Shown piece by piece: positions 34,930-42,759 of a DNA stretch of 64,000 nucleotides. The notes beneath the pieces are model-generated. The model was not told where the DNA came from and did no database searches. It worked only from the letters and a program-made list of their open reading frames with translations. The position numbers were made by a program, and so were the translations under genes. Source of the stretch: Candidatus Scatosoma sp. (lineage in GTDB: Bacteria > Bacillota > Clostridia > Christensenellales > Borkfalkiaceae); the NCBI GenBank assembly GCA_045660265.1, contig JAZRDM010000017.1, positions 7,221 through 71,220 on the forward strand, in the 5' to 3' direction. Position 1 is the stretch's first letter. Every line of letters starts with the position of its first letter.

Positions 34930-35262
34930 ATGAAAGCAACGGAATTTATCGAAATGCAAAAGCAAGATATCGAAACTCACAAGGATAAGATTATTCTTGG
35001 CGAAGTCGTTATGGCGATGGCAGAGGTGCTGAAAAGCACTCCTGACACGGAAATCGATCATACGAAGACCGCGGAGGATTGTTACAAGCAAATGTACGAA
35101 TATGCGAAAAAGAATGTGAAAAATAGTGCCTATGTGTTTACCCCAACGGGTACGTTTCAGTTCATTCGTAATTATCTTGGCTTACCTGAAACGAGCGTGA
35201 CAGCGGTGAGCACGTCTGTTCTGCCCGGGAAGAAACGCCACAACTTGGAGGATTTCTTCTAA
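34930..35262 (+). CDS. PcfK-like small protein (tentative)
   Basis: 110 aa with ...KTAEDCYKQMYEYAKKN... Sits directly upstream of a PcfJ-like gene, as the pcfK/pcfJ pair does on conjugative elements. Confidence 0.35.
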   Translation: MKATEFIEMQKQDIETHKDKIILGEVVMAMAEVLKSTPDTEIDHTKTAEDCYKQMYEYAKKNVKNSAYVFTPTGTFQFIRNYLGLPETSVTAVSTSVLPGKKRHNLEDFF

Positions 35263-36803
35263 TGCCGAGGATGTATACGTTAGATTGGTATTTGTCTATT
35301 CGTCACGAAGCGCCGAAGACTGAGATTGCGGCGTGGGCGTCGAAAATGGCAATGAGAAACTTTTTTCTTTACAAGAACGAAGGGAAAAGAAAAGTTGGCA
35401 AGTGCACGGCGTGTAAGACGGAAATGGAGCTGCGCGTCGGGAAGAATAGATACACGGATTGTCCAACTTGTGGGCAGAAAATCAAAGCCGTGGAAAATAA
35501 AGACTTTACACACGGGTATGATTGCTTTGTGAGCTGGTTGGACCGCTACGACGGATTCTTCTTAAACAGGACATTTCGAGTTTTTCGGCGCTTGTATCCG
35601 AGTCGCGAGGAATTGCACATAGAAGAGGCGCAAATGCAAGTCTTCGGGTTCCCAATCAAGACATATACGAGTGGGTATTCGCGAGGCTTTTCCCGCGAAA
35701 CGTCGTATAAGAATTCGAATTGGTTTACGATGAACGGTGGCGATTATCAAAGGGAGCATCGTGAGTATTGGGAGAGAGGCGTACTCGGTGGTTTCGGGTA
35801 TAACATTTATCAGGCGCCTTCGTACGTATACCCAGTCGGTTTGAGGGAAACGTTAAAGGGCACGCCGTTTGAGTACAGTGCGCTTTGGGAGCTTGCAGAG
35901 CACGGAGATAGTTTTTCCATGTACAAGGCATTGTTGGCTTATGCTGGCACGCCGCAGTTGGAATATTTAATCAAGCTGAAAATGTACAAGCTCGCCAAGT
36001 ACGTGATAAGACGGCCGATATTTTTTCGAAAAACGGAAAACGACGTCGTAAAGTTCTTAGGATTGAAAACTTGCAGTCAAATGCAGTTCGTGATAGACAA
36101 TAATTTGAGCGGCGATGATTTTTACACGTACTGCTCGCTTGTGCGGAAGAACTTGCCGATAACGGAACACAACATGCGCCTGATGAAGTTGAATCGCTGT
36201 TTCGGCGGGGCAGTGGAAAGGATATTCGAAGTTATGAGTGCGGAGAGCTTTTTTCGGTATTTTGAAGAGCAGAAAAAGAAAGGCAGCTCGCTTCGGAGTT
36301 TTTGTCAAGACTATCTTGACCATATGCGGATTGTGAAAGCCTTAGGCTTGGATATCAACAACACTATGTATTCGAAACCGAAGGATTTTAGCGCACTACA
36401 TAACGCGTTGTCTACCGAGCTGTCAGCAATTCGGAATAAAGAAAAGTATGAGAAAGTTAAAAAAACGTTGCGAAGCGAAAAGTCGTTTGCGTTCAGCCAC
36501 GGTGCCTTTTGTCTGATTGTACCGAAGACGGCAAACGAGATTGTTATGGAGGGGAAAAATCAAGAACATTGCGTAGGCACGTATTTAGACCGAGTGGCGG
36601 ATAAAAAGTCGGTTATCGTCTTTATCCGTCGAGCGGAAGAGTTGGATAAGGCGTTTTACACAATGGAGATAAACCCCGAAACAATGAAAGTCGTACAGTG
36701 CAGAGGACGTAAAAACAGTGATATGACCCCTGAAGTTCGGTCTTTTGTCGAACTTTATACCAAGTTTGTTTTAGACAAAAAGAGAAAGAAAAAGGCGGCA
36801 TAA
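35262..36803 (+). CDS. PcfJ-like protein
   Basis: C-terminal EGKNQEHCVGTYLDRVADKKSVIVFIRR.....AFYTMEI........QCRGRKN matches the PcfJ signature as remembered. N-terminal CxxC...CPxC zinc ribbon. Confidence 0.55.
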   Translation: MPRMYTLDWYLSIRHEAPKTEIAAWASKMAMRNFFLYKNEGKRKVGKCTACKTEMELRVGKNRYTDCPTCGQKIKAVENKDFTHGYDCFVSWLDRYDGFFLNRTFRVFRRLYPSREELHIEEAQMQVFGFPIKTYTSGYSRGFSRETSYKNSNWFTMNGGDYQREHREYWERGVLGGFGYNIYQAPSYVYPVGLRETLKGTPFEYSALWELAEHGDSFSMYKALLAYAGTPQLEYLIKLKMYKLAKYVIRRPIFFRKTENDVVKFLGLKTCSQMQFVIDNNLSGDDFYTYCSLVRKNLPITEHNMRLMKLNRCFGGAVERIFEVMSAESFFRYFEEQKKKGSSLRSFCQDYLDHMRIVKALGLDINNTMYSKPKDFSALHNALSTELSAIRNKEKYEKVKKTLRSEKSFAFSHGAFCLIVPKTANEIVMEGKNQEHCVGTYLDRVADKKSVIVFIRRAEELDKAFYTMEINPETMKVVQCRGRKNSDMTPEVRSFVELYTKFVLDKKRKKKAA

Positions 36804-36858
36804 TCAGATCGGAACGGTGCGCGCGTTGCGAAATAAATCAAAAAAAAACGGTTTGAAT

Positions 36859-36874
36859 TTGCAGTTAAATGCAA
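36859..36874. repeat. TTGCA-N6-TGCAA motif, copy 3 (TTGCAGTTAAATGCAA)
   Basis: 55 nt after the stop of the PcfJ-like gene. Confidence 0.7.
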
Positions 36875-36942
36875 AGTTCGGCAAAAACAAGGTGAAAGGA
36901 ACGCCGTTGAGTGCACATAGACGGCTGACCGTAAGGAGTGTT

Positions 36943-37125
36943 ATGTCCGCAAAATATTGCAGGGAGTATAAATGTGGCGCCAATGATGGGAGACCATGTA
37001 CGGCGGCAGATGACTGTTTCTTGTTTAAGTGGGATATTGAACGACAGAAAGGGATATGTAGAAAAACAGAAAAGAGAACTGTGAATAAAATCAAGGAGGA
37101 GGAAGGTGGCAAAAGAAAAGAATAG
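36943..37125 (+). CDS. Small Cys-rich protein (60 aa)
   Basis: TAAGGAG then ATG at 36943 (the track starts at GTG 36817, which would read across motif copy 3). MSAKYCREYKCGANDGRPCTAADDCF. Confidence 0.45.
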   Translation: MSAKYCREYKCGANDGRPCTAADDCFLFKWDIERQKGICRKTEKRTVNKIKEEEGGKRKE

Positions 37126-37327
37126 ACCTGTAACATCGCAGGAAATAGTGGGAACGGTTAATCAGGCGTTAGACTATGTACGTTCAAATCCGTGCTGTAT
37201 TTGCTCGTATGAAGGGTGTTGCGGATTTAAATACAAGGGTGTTTGTAAGGTCGCGAGGCAGTTGAGAATCAGGCTTTTAAAAGCCGGAAAAATGGAAGCC
37301 GAAAAAGAAACTATTAGGAAAGACTGA
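37106..37327 (+). CDS. Small Cys-rich protein (73 aa, GTG start)
   Basis: AGGAGGAGG before GTG at 37106. NPCCICSYEGCCGFKYKGVC. Confidence 0.45.
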   Translation: MAKEKNRPVTSQEIVGTVNQALDYVRSNPCCICSYEGCCGFKYKGVCKVARQLRIRLLKAGKMEAEKETIRKD

Positions 37328-37328
37328 C

Positions 37329-37679
37329 GTGTGGCTGATATTCTTTTTCGGGACAGACAAATGGGAAAGTATATTCCCCGAAATAATAAAAGTGAAAGAA
37401 GATTTGAGAAAGCGCGGACATTGTTGCGAATGGCTGTCCAAGGTGTGCGATATAACGCAATTTGGTGCAGTTTACATAAAGAACGGAAAAACGTTTAAGG
37501 TATACGCAAGCGACTGTCCATATTATCAAGGACATTGGCTACTCGGCGGATTTGGCGCTACGGATTGCACAGCGTTCGACGAGCCTATCCCCGGTATTAT
37601 AACCGATTTACATTGCAGTAAAGATTACACGCTTTGCCCAGCGTATAGGGCGAAAAATACACAAATACAGGAGAACTGA
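37329..37679 (+). CDS. Hypothetical Cys-rich protein (start uncertain)
   Basis: GTG-initiated ORF with eight Cys residues (HCCEW..C, DCPYY, DCTAF, HCSKDYTLC). Confidence 0.4.
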   Translation: MWLIFFFGTDKWESIFPEIIKVKEDLRKRGHCCEWLSKVCDITQFGAVYIKNGKTFKVYASDCPYYQGHWLLGGFGATDCTAFDEPIPGIITDLHCSKDYTLCPAYRAKNTQIQEN

Positions 37680-37681
37680 AA

Positions 37682-37879
37682 ATGAATCAGGTAAATACTC
37701 AAAAAATGAAACAAGTCGGGATTATTAGGTCTATTGACGAGCTTGGACGATTGGTTATTCCTATGGAATTTCGTAAGACAATGGAGATAGGCACTCATGA
37801 TCGTTTAAGTCAGAATTTATGCGTGGATGAAAACGGCGAATATGTTATTATCGTCCGCAAGTGTAATGCGGTGGAATGA
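37682..37879 (+). CDS. AbrB/MazE/SpoVT-family DNA-binding protein
   Basis: IRSIDELGRLVIPMEFRKTMEI is the swapped-hairpin SpoVT-AbrB motif. Confidence 0.7.
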   Translation: MNQVNTQKMKQVGIIRSIDELGRLVIPMEFRKTMEIGTHDRLSQNLCVDENGEYVIIVRKCNAVE

Positions 37880-38259
37880 TGAAATACGAGAGATTTACGC
37901 AAAGAGTTGATAGCGGTTTTGTAAGTGAGTTAGATTGTAGAATTGCATACAACAAACTTTGTTCTATTGAAGACAAGATCGAGCAGGGATATATCAAAAT
38001 CCTGCCCGTAAAGGCAGGGGATAAAATCTATGTCGTACCGAGCAAAGTAAATTTCGACTTGAATAGAATAAACCGTTATCACGAACATAATAGGGTTTAT
38101 GAACAAACGGTAGACGAAATCCGTTTCTTCCATAAGGACATTTATATGGTGTTTTCTTGCGATTATCTTGAAAACCATCGTGGTGCAGCGTTGGGGGAAA
38201 CTTGGTTTCTTACCCGTGAAGAAGCTGAAAAACGCTTAAAGGAGTTACAAAATGGATAA
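37876..38259 (+). CDS. Hypothetical phage protein
   Basis: Start overlaps the upstream stop (ATGA). No family recognised. Confidence 0.5.
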   Translation: MMKYERFTQRVDSGFVSELDCRIAYNKLCSIEDKIEQGYIKILPVKAGDKIYVVPSKVNFDLNRINRYHEHNRVYEQTVDEIRFFHKDIYMVFSCDYLENHRGAALGETWFLTREEAEKRLKELQNG

Positions 38260-38279
38260 ATTTAAAGAGGAGGACCTTT

Positions 38280-38939
38280 ATGAAAGGACAAGAAAATAAC
38301 AAAATGTATTTTAGCGGCGAGATTGTAAGCGATCCTACGATTACGCATACAGTTTGCGATGAAGGGTTTTACGAATTCGACGTGCGTATTCCAAGACTGT
38401 CTGGGGCGGACGATATTATTCCCGTGACCATATCCGAGCGGTTACTCTGTGGTCAGGAAATCGGCAAGGGAACGAAGATAAACGTCGTCGGTCAGCTCCG
38501 CAGTCGCAATACAATGGAGGGTGAACATTCTCGATTGGTCTTGAGAGTGTTCGCGCAGGAGCTTTTGACGGGAGAAACCGAAGACGCTCGGAACAGCATT
38601 GTTCTAAACGGCTACGTATGCAAACCACCGATTTATAGGGCAACACCGTTCAATCGTGAGATCACTGATTTATTGATTGCGGTTAATAGATCTCACAACA
38701 AGTCGGATTATATTCCTTGCATTGCTTGGGGTAGAAATGCGCGGTTTGCGAGTACGCTTTCGGTGGGAGACAGGATCGCGTTATCGGGGCGACTGCAAAG
38801 CCGTCAATACGAGAAGAAATATTCAGAGACGGATATTCGCAGAATGACTGCTTATGAGGTTTCGATCAATAAGCTTGCAACTCACAATACGGATGAGACT
38901 TTTGATATCAATAAAGATTTTAAGAAATACGTGGAATAG
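38280..38939 (+). CDS. Putative single-stranded-DNA-binding protein with two OB-fold-like halves
   Basis: Two internally similar halves (...INVVGQLRSRN...RLVLRVFAQEL and ...IALSGRLQSRQYEKK...TAYEVSINKL) resembling SSB OB folds. Confidence 0.45.
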   Translation: MKGQENNKMYFSGEIVSDPTITHTVCDEGFYEFDVRIPRLSGADDIIPVTISERLLCGQEIGKGTKINVVGQLRSRNTMEGEHSRLVLRVFAQELLTGETEDARNSIVLNGYVCKPPIYRATPFNREITDLLIAVNRSHNKSDYIPCIAWGRNARFASTLSVGDRIALSGRLQSRQYEKKYSETDIRRMTAYEVSINKLATHNTDETFDINKDFKKYVE

Positions 38940-38967
38940 GGGCAAGCGATAGCGTATTGAACAGCTG

Positions 38968-39390
38968 ATGGGAACGACTATGACGGAAGCGCGATTAAAA
39001 GAGATAAAGAGAATATTCAACAGCTACGGGCAAAATCTTGCGCAGCTTGGGCAGTTGGAACTACCCGGCGTTAAAGGCGTATCTTATGACAAAATAGCCG
39101 TAATGACGGATAATAGCAAAAACGCCGTTGAACAGCTTATGATTACATATCTTATCGACAAAGAGAAACTTGAAAAAGAGATAGCACTTGTAGATAAGGT
39201 GTATTTGTACTTTGCAGACGAACGCGACGTCGAGCTTGCGGAGCTAATCGATATGCGGTTTAGGAAAGGGAAATATCATTGGCAAGCGACAAACGGAGTT
39301 TATATTAGTGACAGACAAGGCTTGCGCTGGTTGGAAAAGGCGTATAAAAAGGCAGAAGAGTTTGCAATTCAAATGCATATTTTAGAATAA
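38968..39390 (+). CDS. ArpU/RinA-like late-gene transcriptional activator (tentative)
   Basis: 140 aa. Last gene before the packaging module. Pattern of an N-terminal YD. segment and a sigma-region-4-like C-terminal segment. Confidence 0.4.
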   Translation: MGTTMTEARLKEIKRIFNSYGQNLAQLGQLELPGVKGVSYDKIAVMTDNSKNAVEQLMITYLIDKEKLEKEIALVDKVYLYFADERDVELAELIDMRFRKGKYHWQATNGVYISDRQGLRWLEKAYKKAEEFAIQMHILE

Positions 39391-39432
39391 TTGAGGTGAC
39401 ATGACAAAAAATGTCGCCTCAATTTGTTTTTT
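39391..39432 (+). terminator. Rho-independent terminator closing the early/middle region
   Basis: TTGAGGTGACAT-GACAAAAA-ATGTCGCCTCAA followed by TTTGTTTTTT. Confidence 0.75.
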
Positions 39433-39589
39433 AGGGGTGTAAAATAGTATTATCGGAAAGGGCAGACAATCAGTCGCGCGGTTATTTGCAGTTTCCGATA
39501 GTTTCCCCTTAAGTGTATTTTTACGGTGTGCCGCCGCTATCTTTAGATAGCGGCGGTTGCGCTGTAAAAACTGGATATTTTATAGGGAC

Positions 39590-39618
39590 TTGACAAAAAG
39601 AATAAAGTATGCTATAAT
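39590..39618 (+). promoter_or_regulatory. Consensus promoter (TTGACA-17-TATAAT) in a 480-nt non-coding region
   Basis: TTGACA at 39590-39595 and TATAAT at 39613-39618. Two further TTGACA boxes at 39721 and 39806 have A/T-rich -10-like elements. Confidence 0.6.
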
Positions 39619-39876
39619 TTAAACCTATCAAAAAAGAATGCACATTTGAACTAAGTATCATAAAACAGCGTAAAAAACAAAAGAAACAAAAATTCGGCAA
39701 AAAAAGTTGGCAGTCCCCCCTTGACAAATTTACATTTTATTATAAAATATTCGCAAAACAAAAAGGGAGGGTGCGCAAATTTTAGAAAATATTACCAAAA
39801 AACGTTTGACAAAAATGAATGCTTGATATAAAATAAAATATGCGCGAAAATTAAAAAGGTGAATGGAAGGTATTTT

Positions 39877-40455
39877 ATGGCAAATTACAAAAGAAAAGAG
39901 AGTGAGCCAATAGAACAAGAATTGCAGAACTTTTATCAAAAAATTGGGAAGAAATTTACAGAAAAAGACGATATTTTTGAATATGGTCAAAAATTAGGGT
40001 TTTCGATTTGGAAGCTTCCATTAGATGATGAAAATCTTGACGGTATTATTATCGTACACGGACGCACTAAAAAAATTGGATTAAATGAGACATTAAACTT
40101 ACAGGATGCGCGGTTTGTTTTAGCTCATGAGTTAGGACATTATATTAGAAAAGATTTATCAAATGATAACAACGAGATTTTAATTGCTGAGAAAGATCGT
40201 ATTTTTCATGGAGATGAGAAGGAGCCGCGCGAAAATGACATGGATTATATGGCTGCTGCAATATTGGTTCCTCAGAAAGCATTTCTCAAGGATTTAGAAG
40301 AGTACGATTTTGATTATGAACAATTTGTTGACAAAGAAAAGGCGGAGATAAAAACCCCCCTTCCTAATGATTTGCTTGAGGCTCTTTCTAAAAAGTATTG
40401 TGTTGACCAAGCAGTAATATCAAGAAGAGTGGTAGAGGTTTCTTATTATGTCTGA
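39877..40455 (+). CDS. ImmA/IrrE-family (DUF955) zinc metallopeptidase
   Basis: GGAAGG then ATG at 39877. ...LDGIIIVHGRTKKIGLNETLNLQDARFVLAHELGHYI (HEXXH) and the downstream DYMAAAILVP motif. Confidence 0.8.
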   Translation: MANYKRKESEPIEQELQNFYQKIGKKFTEKDDIFEYGQKLGFSIWKLPLDDENLDGIIIVHGRTKKIGLNETLNLQDARFVLAHELGHYIRKDLSNDNNEILIAEKDRIFHGDEKEPRENDMDYMAAAILVPQKAFLKDLEEYDFDYEQFVDKEKAEIKTPLPNDLLEALSKKYCVDQAVISRRVVEVSYYV

Positions 40456-40939
40456 TCATTCACTTTTTGATGAATATTTGGAATTAAATAGAATATTTCA
40501 ATATAAAAAGAAACAGTCAACTCGTATTGACGAACAAAAAAAATGGGGTGAACCTGAACACCTTAATTATAGAAGCTCATCGATTGATAAAATTTTATAT
40601 AATTATACGCAGCAACAAGAAGAAAGATATAAGTTTAAAAAAGGATGGAAAAAATTTTTTGTAATATTCTTTGTAGTCCTTGCAATAATAATAATTGGTG
40701 GCTCTTGTTGGGTTTGTTGGAATGCAATCATGTATTTTAGCGAGAAAAGAGTAGAATTTCTTACTTGTATTATTACAGCGGCTGTTTCTTGTTTTGCATC
40801 AATTGTTTCAATCTTGTTGATTATCGTAAGATATATTTTCCCTTCGGACGAGGAAACAAATTTTAACAACTTGGTTTCTATTATTGTTCAAAATGATACC
40901 GAGAGATTAAAAGATATATCCAATAACGATAAAAAATAA
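40448..40939 (+). CDS. Two-TM membrane protein, translationally coupled to the ImmA-like gene
   Basis: ATG at 40448 overlaps the upstream stop by 8 nt. Charged N-terminal ~75 aa, then helices FFVIFFVVLAIIIIGGSCWVCW and FLTCIITAAVSCFASIVSILLIIV. Confidence 0.6.
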   Translation: MSDHSLFDEYLELNRIFQYKKKQSTRIDEQKKWGEPEHLNYRSSSIDKILYNYTQQQEERYKFKKGWKKFFVIFFVVLAIIIIGGSCWVCWNAIMYFSEKRVEFLTCIITAAVSCFASIVSILLIIVRYIFPSDEETNFNNLVSIIVQNDTERLKDISNNDKK

Positions 40940-40944
40940 TAATT

Positions 40945-40975
40945 AAGACCTGACGTAATAACGTTAGGTCTTTTC
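40945..40975 (+). terminator. Terminator of the ImmA/2-TM cassette
   Basis: 11-bp stem AAGACCTGACG / CGTTAGGTCTT with loop TAATAA, followed by TTTT. Confidence 0.65.
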
Positions 40976-41001
40976 TATATCTTTAATAAAACTAAAAGGG
41001 G

Positions 41002-42759
41002 TTGGAGGGTTTGGATAATAAACCGACAAAAAAATATAAAGAGCTCGTATTGCCGAGATTGGATGAAATTCAAGCGTGGGCAAGAGATGGCTTGAAGGAA
41101 GAAAAGATCGCGGAGAGGTTGGGCGTTGCTTATTCTACCTTTCGGGATTATAAAGAAAAAAATCCGGCACTTTCGGCAGCCTTAAAAAACGCGCGCGTGT
41201 ATGATGATGAAGTCGTGAATTCGCTACACCGAAATACGTTAGGCGGCGCCGTTACATTAAAGACTCCGATAAAGGTAAAGAAAAAGATATACGAGAATGG
41301 CAAAATAGTTCGCGAGGAAGAAGAAGTCGTCATCACGGAACGGGAAGAATATGTCAAGCCTGATACGATGGCTCAAATGTATTGGTTAAACAATCGGCAG
41401 GCGAAGACGTGGAAGGCAAAGCCTACCGACGAACAAGTGCTGGAAGACGAGGATAAATATCCTCCGATTAAGATCCCCGCCGAGTTGATGGTGGGTGCGT
41501 ATGCAAATCTTAATAGGCATATTTCGAACGGTGTTACGCGTGAAGCTATTATAAAAGGTGGTCGTGGTGGTTGGAAGTCATCTTTCCCTGGATTAAAAAT
41601 ACCAGAGTTGATGATGGCAAATCCAGCGGTCCATGCGTTATGTATGCGTGAAGTGAAAGAGACGTTAAAGGATAGCGTCTACGAGCAGATCAAGTGGGGG
41701 ATAGAAAAGTTAGGGGCGGCGGATCGTTTTAAATGTACGACGTCGCCTTTAAAAATTGTATATAAACCAACGGGACAAACTATCTATTTTCGCGGTGCGG
41801 ATGATCCGCTTAAAATCAAATCTATAAAACCCGCGTTCGGATATATCGGTATTGTATGGTTTGAAGAGTTTGATCAATACGCTGGCGAAGCTGCTATTCG
41901 TAGTATTCGACAGTCGGCGATTCGAGGTACGGATGAGAAAGGGCAAAGCCGAGCGGTTATCTTTGAAACTTACAATCCGCCGCCGACGGCGCAAGCATGG
42001 GCGAATCAATATGTCGCGGACATCGAAGCTCGTTCGGGAGATCCTCAACGAGCGAAAAAAGGAACGGAAGTATTGCACACCACATATAAAGATGTTCCGC
42101 CCGAATGGCTCGGCGATGAGTTTATTCAAGAAGCCGAGGATTTAAAAGCAAAAAGCCCGCGCGCGTACGATAACGAATATTTGGGACTTGTAACGGGTAC
42201 GGGGGGTAATGTCTTCGAGAATGTAGAAATAAGAGATATAACGGACGAAGAGATTGAGAACTTCGATAAAGTAAAACAAGGACTCGACTGGGGATACTTC
42301 CCCGATCCGACGGCGTTTGTTCGGTTGCAATATGAACCGTCAAAAATGACGATTTATATCTTTGACGAACTGAAACGTCTAAAGACAGGCAACGAAGAGT
42401 TGGTCGAACTTATGAAAAGGCACAAGGCTACATTAACAATAGCAGATAACGCGGAGGAGAAATCCATCGCGTTTTTTCGTACGCATGGGTATAATATTCG
42501 TGCCTGTGTGAAAGGACCGGGCTCCGTTGATTTTGGACTTAAGTGGTTGGCAAGCCGAGCAAAGATCGTTATCGATCGTAAGCGTTGTCCCGAAACGGCG
42601 AAAGAGTTTCAACGGTATGAGTATTTAAAAGATAAGGATGGAAACTTTGTTAGTGGATATCCCGATAAAGATAATCATTTTATTGATGCGGTAAGGTACG
42701 CATTGAATGATGATATTATGAGATCTAAGTATATTATCGCAGGAGGCATCCGCAAATGA
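41002..42759 (+). CDS. terL: Terminase: small-subunit-like N-terminal region fused to a PBSX-type large subunit (non-ATG start, uncertain)
   Basis: Residues ~1-140: HTH IAERLGVAYSTFRDY and ...PDTMAQMYWLNNRQAKTWKAKP, typical of TerS. Then Walker A KGGRGGWKSS and Walker B IVWFEEFD of TerL. Confidence 0.75.
   Translation: MEGLDNKPTKKYKELVLPRLDEIQAWARDGLKEEKIAERLGVAYSTFRDYKEKNPALSAALKNARVYDDEVVNSLHRNTLGGAVTLKTPIKVKKKIYENGKIVREEEEVVITEREEYVKPDTMAQMYWLNNRQAKTWKAKPTDEQVLEDEDKYPPIKIPAELMVGAYANLNRHISNGVTREAIIKGGRGGWKSSFPGLKIPELMMANPAVHALCMREVKETLKDSVYEQIKWGIEKLGAADRFKCTTSPLKIVYKPTGQTIYFRGADDPLKIKSIKPAFGYIGIVWFEEFDQYAGEAAIRSIRQSAIRGTDEKGQSRAVIFETYNPPPTAQAWANQYVADIEARSGDPQRAKKGTEVLHTTYKDVPPEWLGDEFIQEAEDLKAKSPRAYDNEYLGLVTGTGGNVFENVEIRDITDEEIENFDKVKQGLDWGYFPDPTAFVRLQYEPSKMTIYIFDELKRLKTGNEELVELMKRHKATLTIADNAEEKSIAFFRTHGYNIRACVKGPGSVDFGLKWLASRAKIVIDRKRCPETAKEFQRYEYLKDKDGNFVSGYPDKDNHFIDAVRYALNDDIMRSKYIIAGGIRK

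Noticed and set aside
39361-39376. TTGCAATTCAAATGCA near the end of the ArpU-like gene, resembling the TTGCA-N6-TGCAA motif.
   Set aside because: The spacer is 7 nt rather than 6, and the sequence lies inside coding sequence. It is not counted as a motif copy.
39521-39990. Minus-strand ORFs 39521-39727 and 39730-39990.
   Set aside because: Both are Phe/Leu/Ile-rich translations of A+T-rich non-coding DNA. The second overlaps the well-supported ImmA-like gene start, and neither has an RBS.
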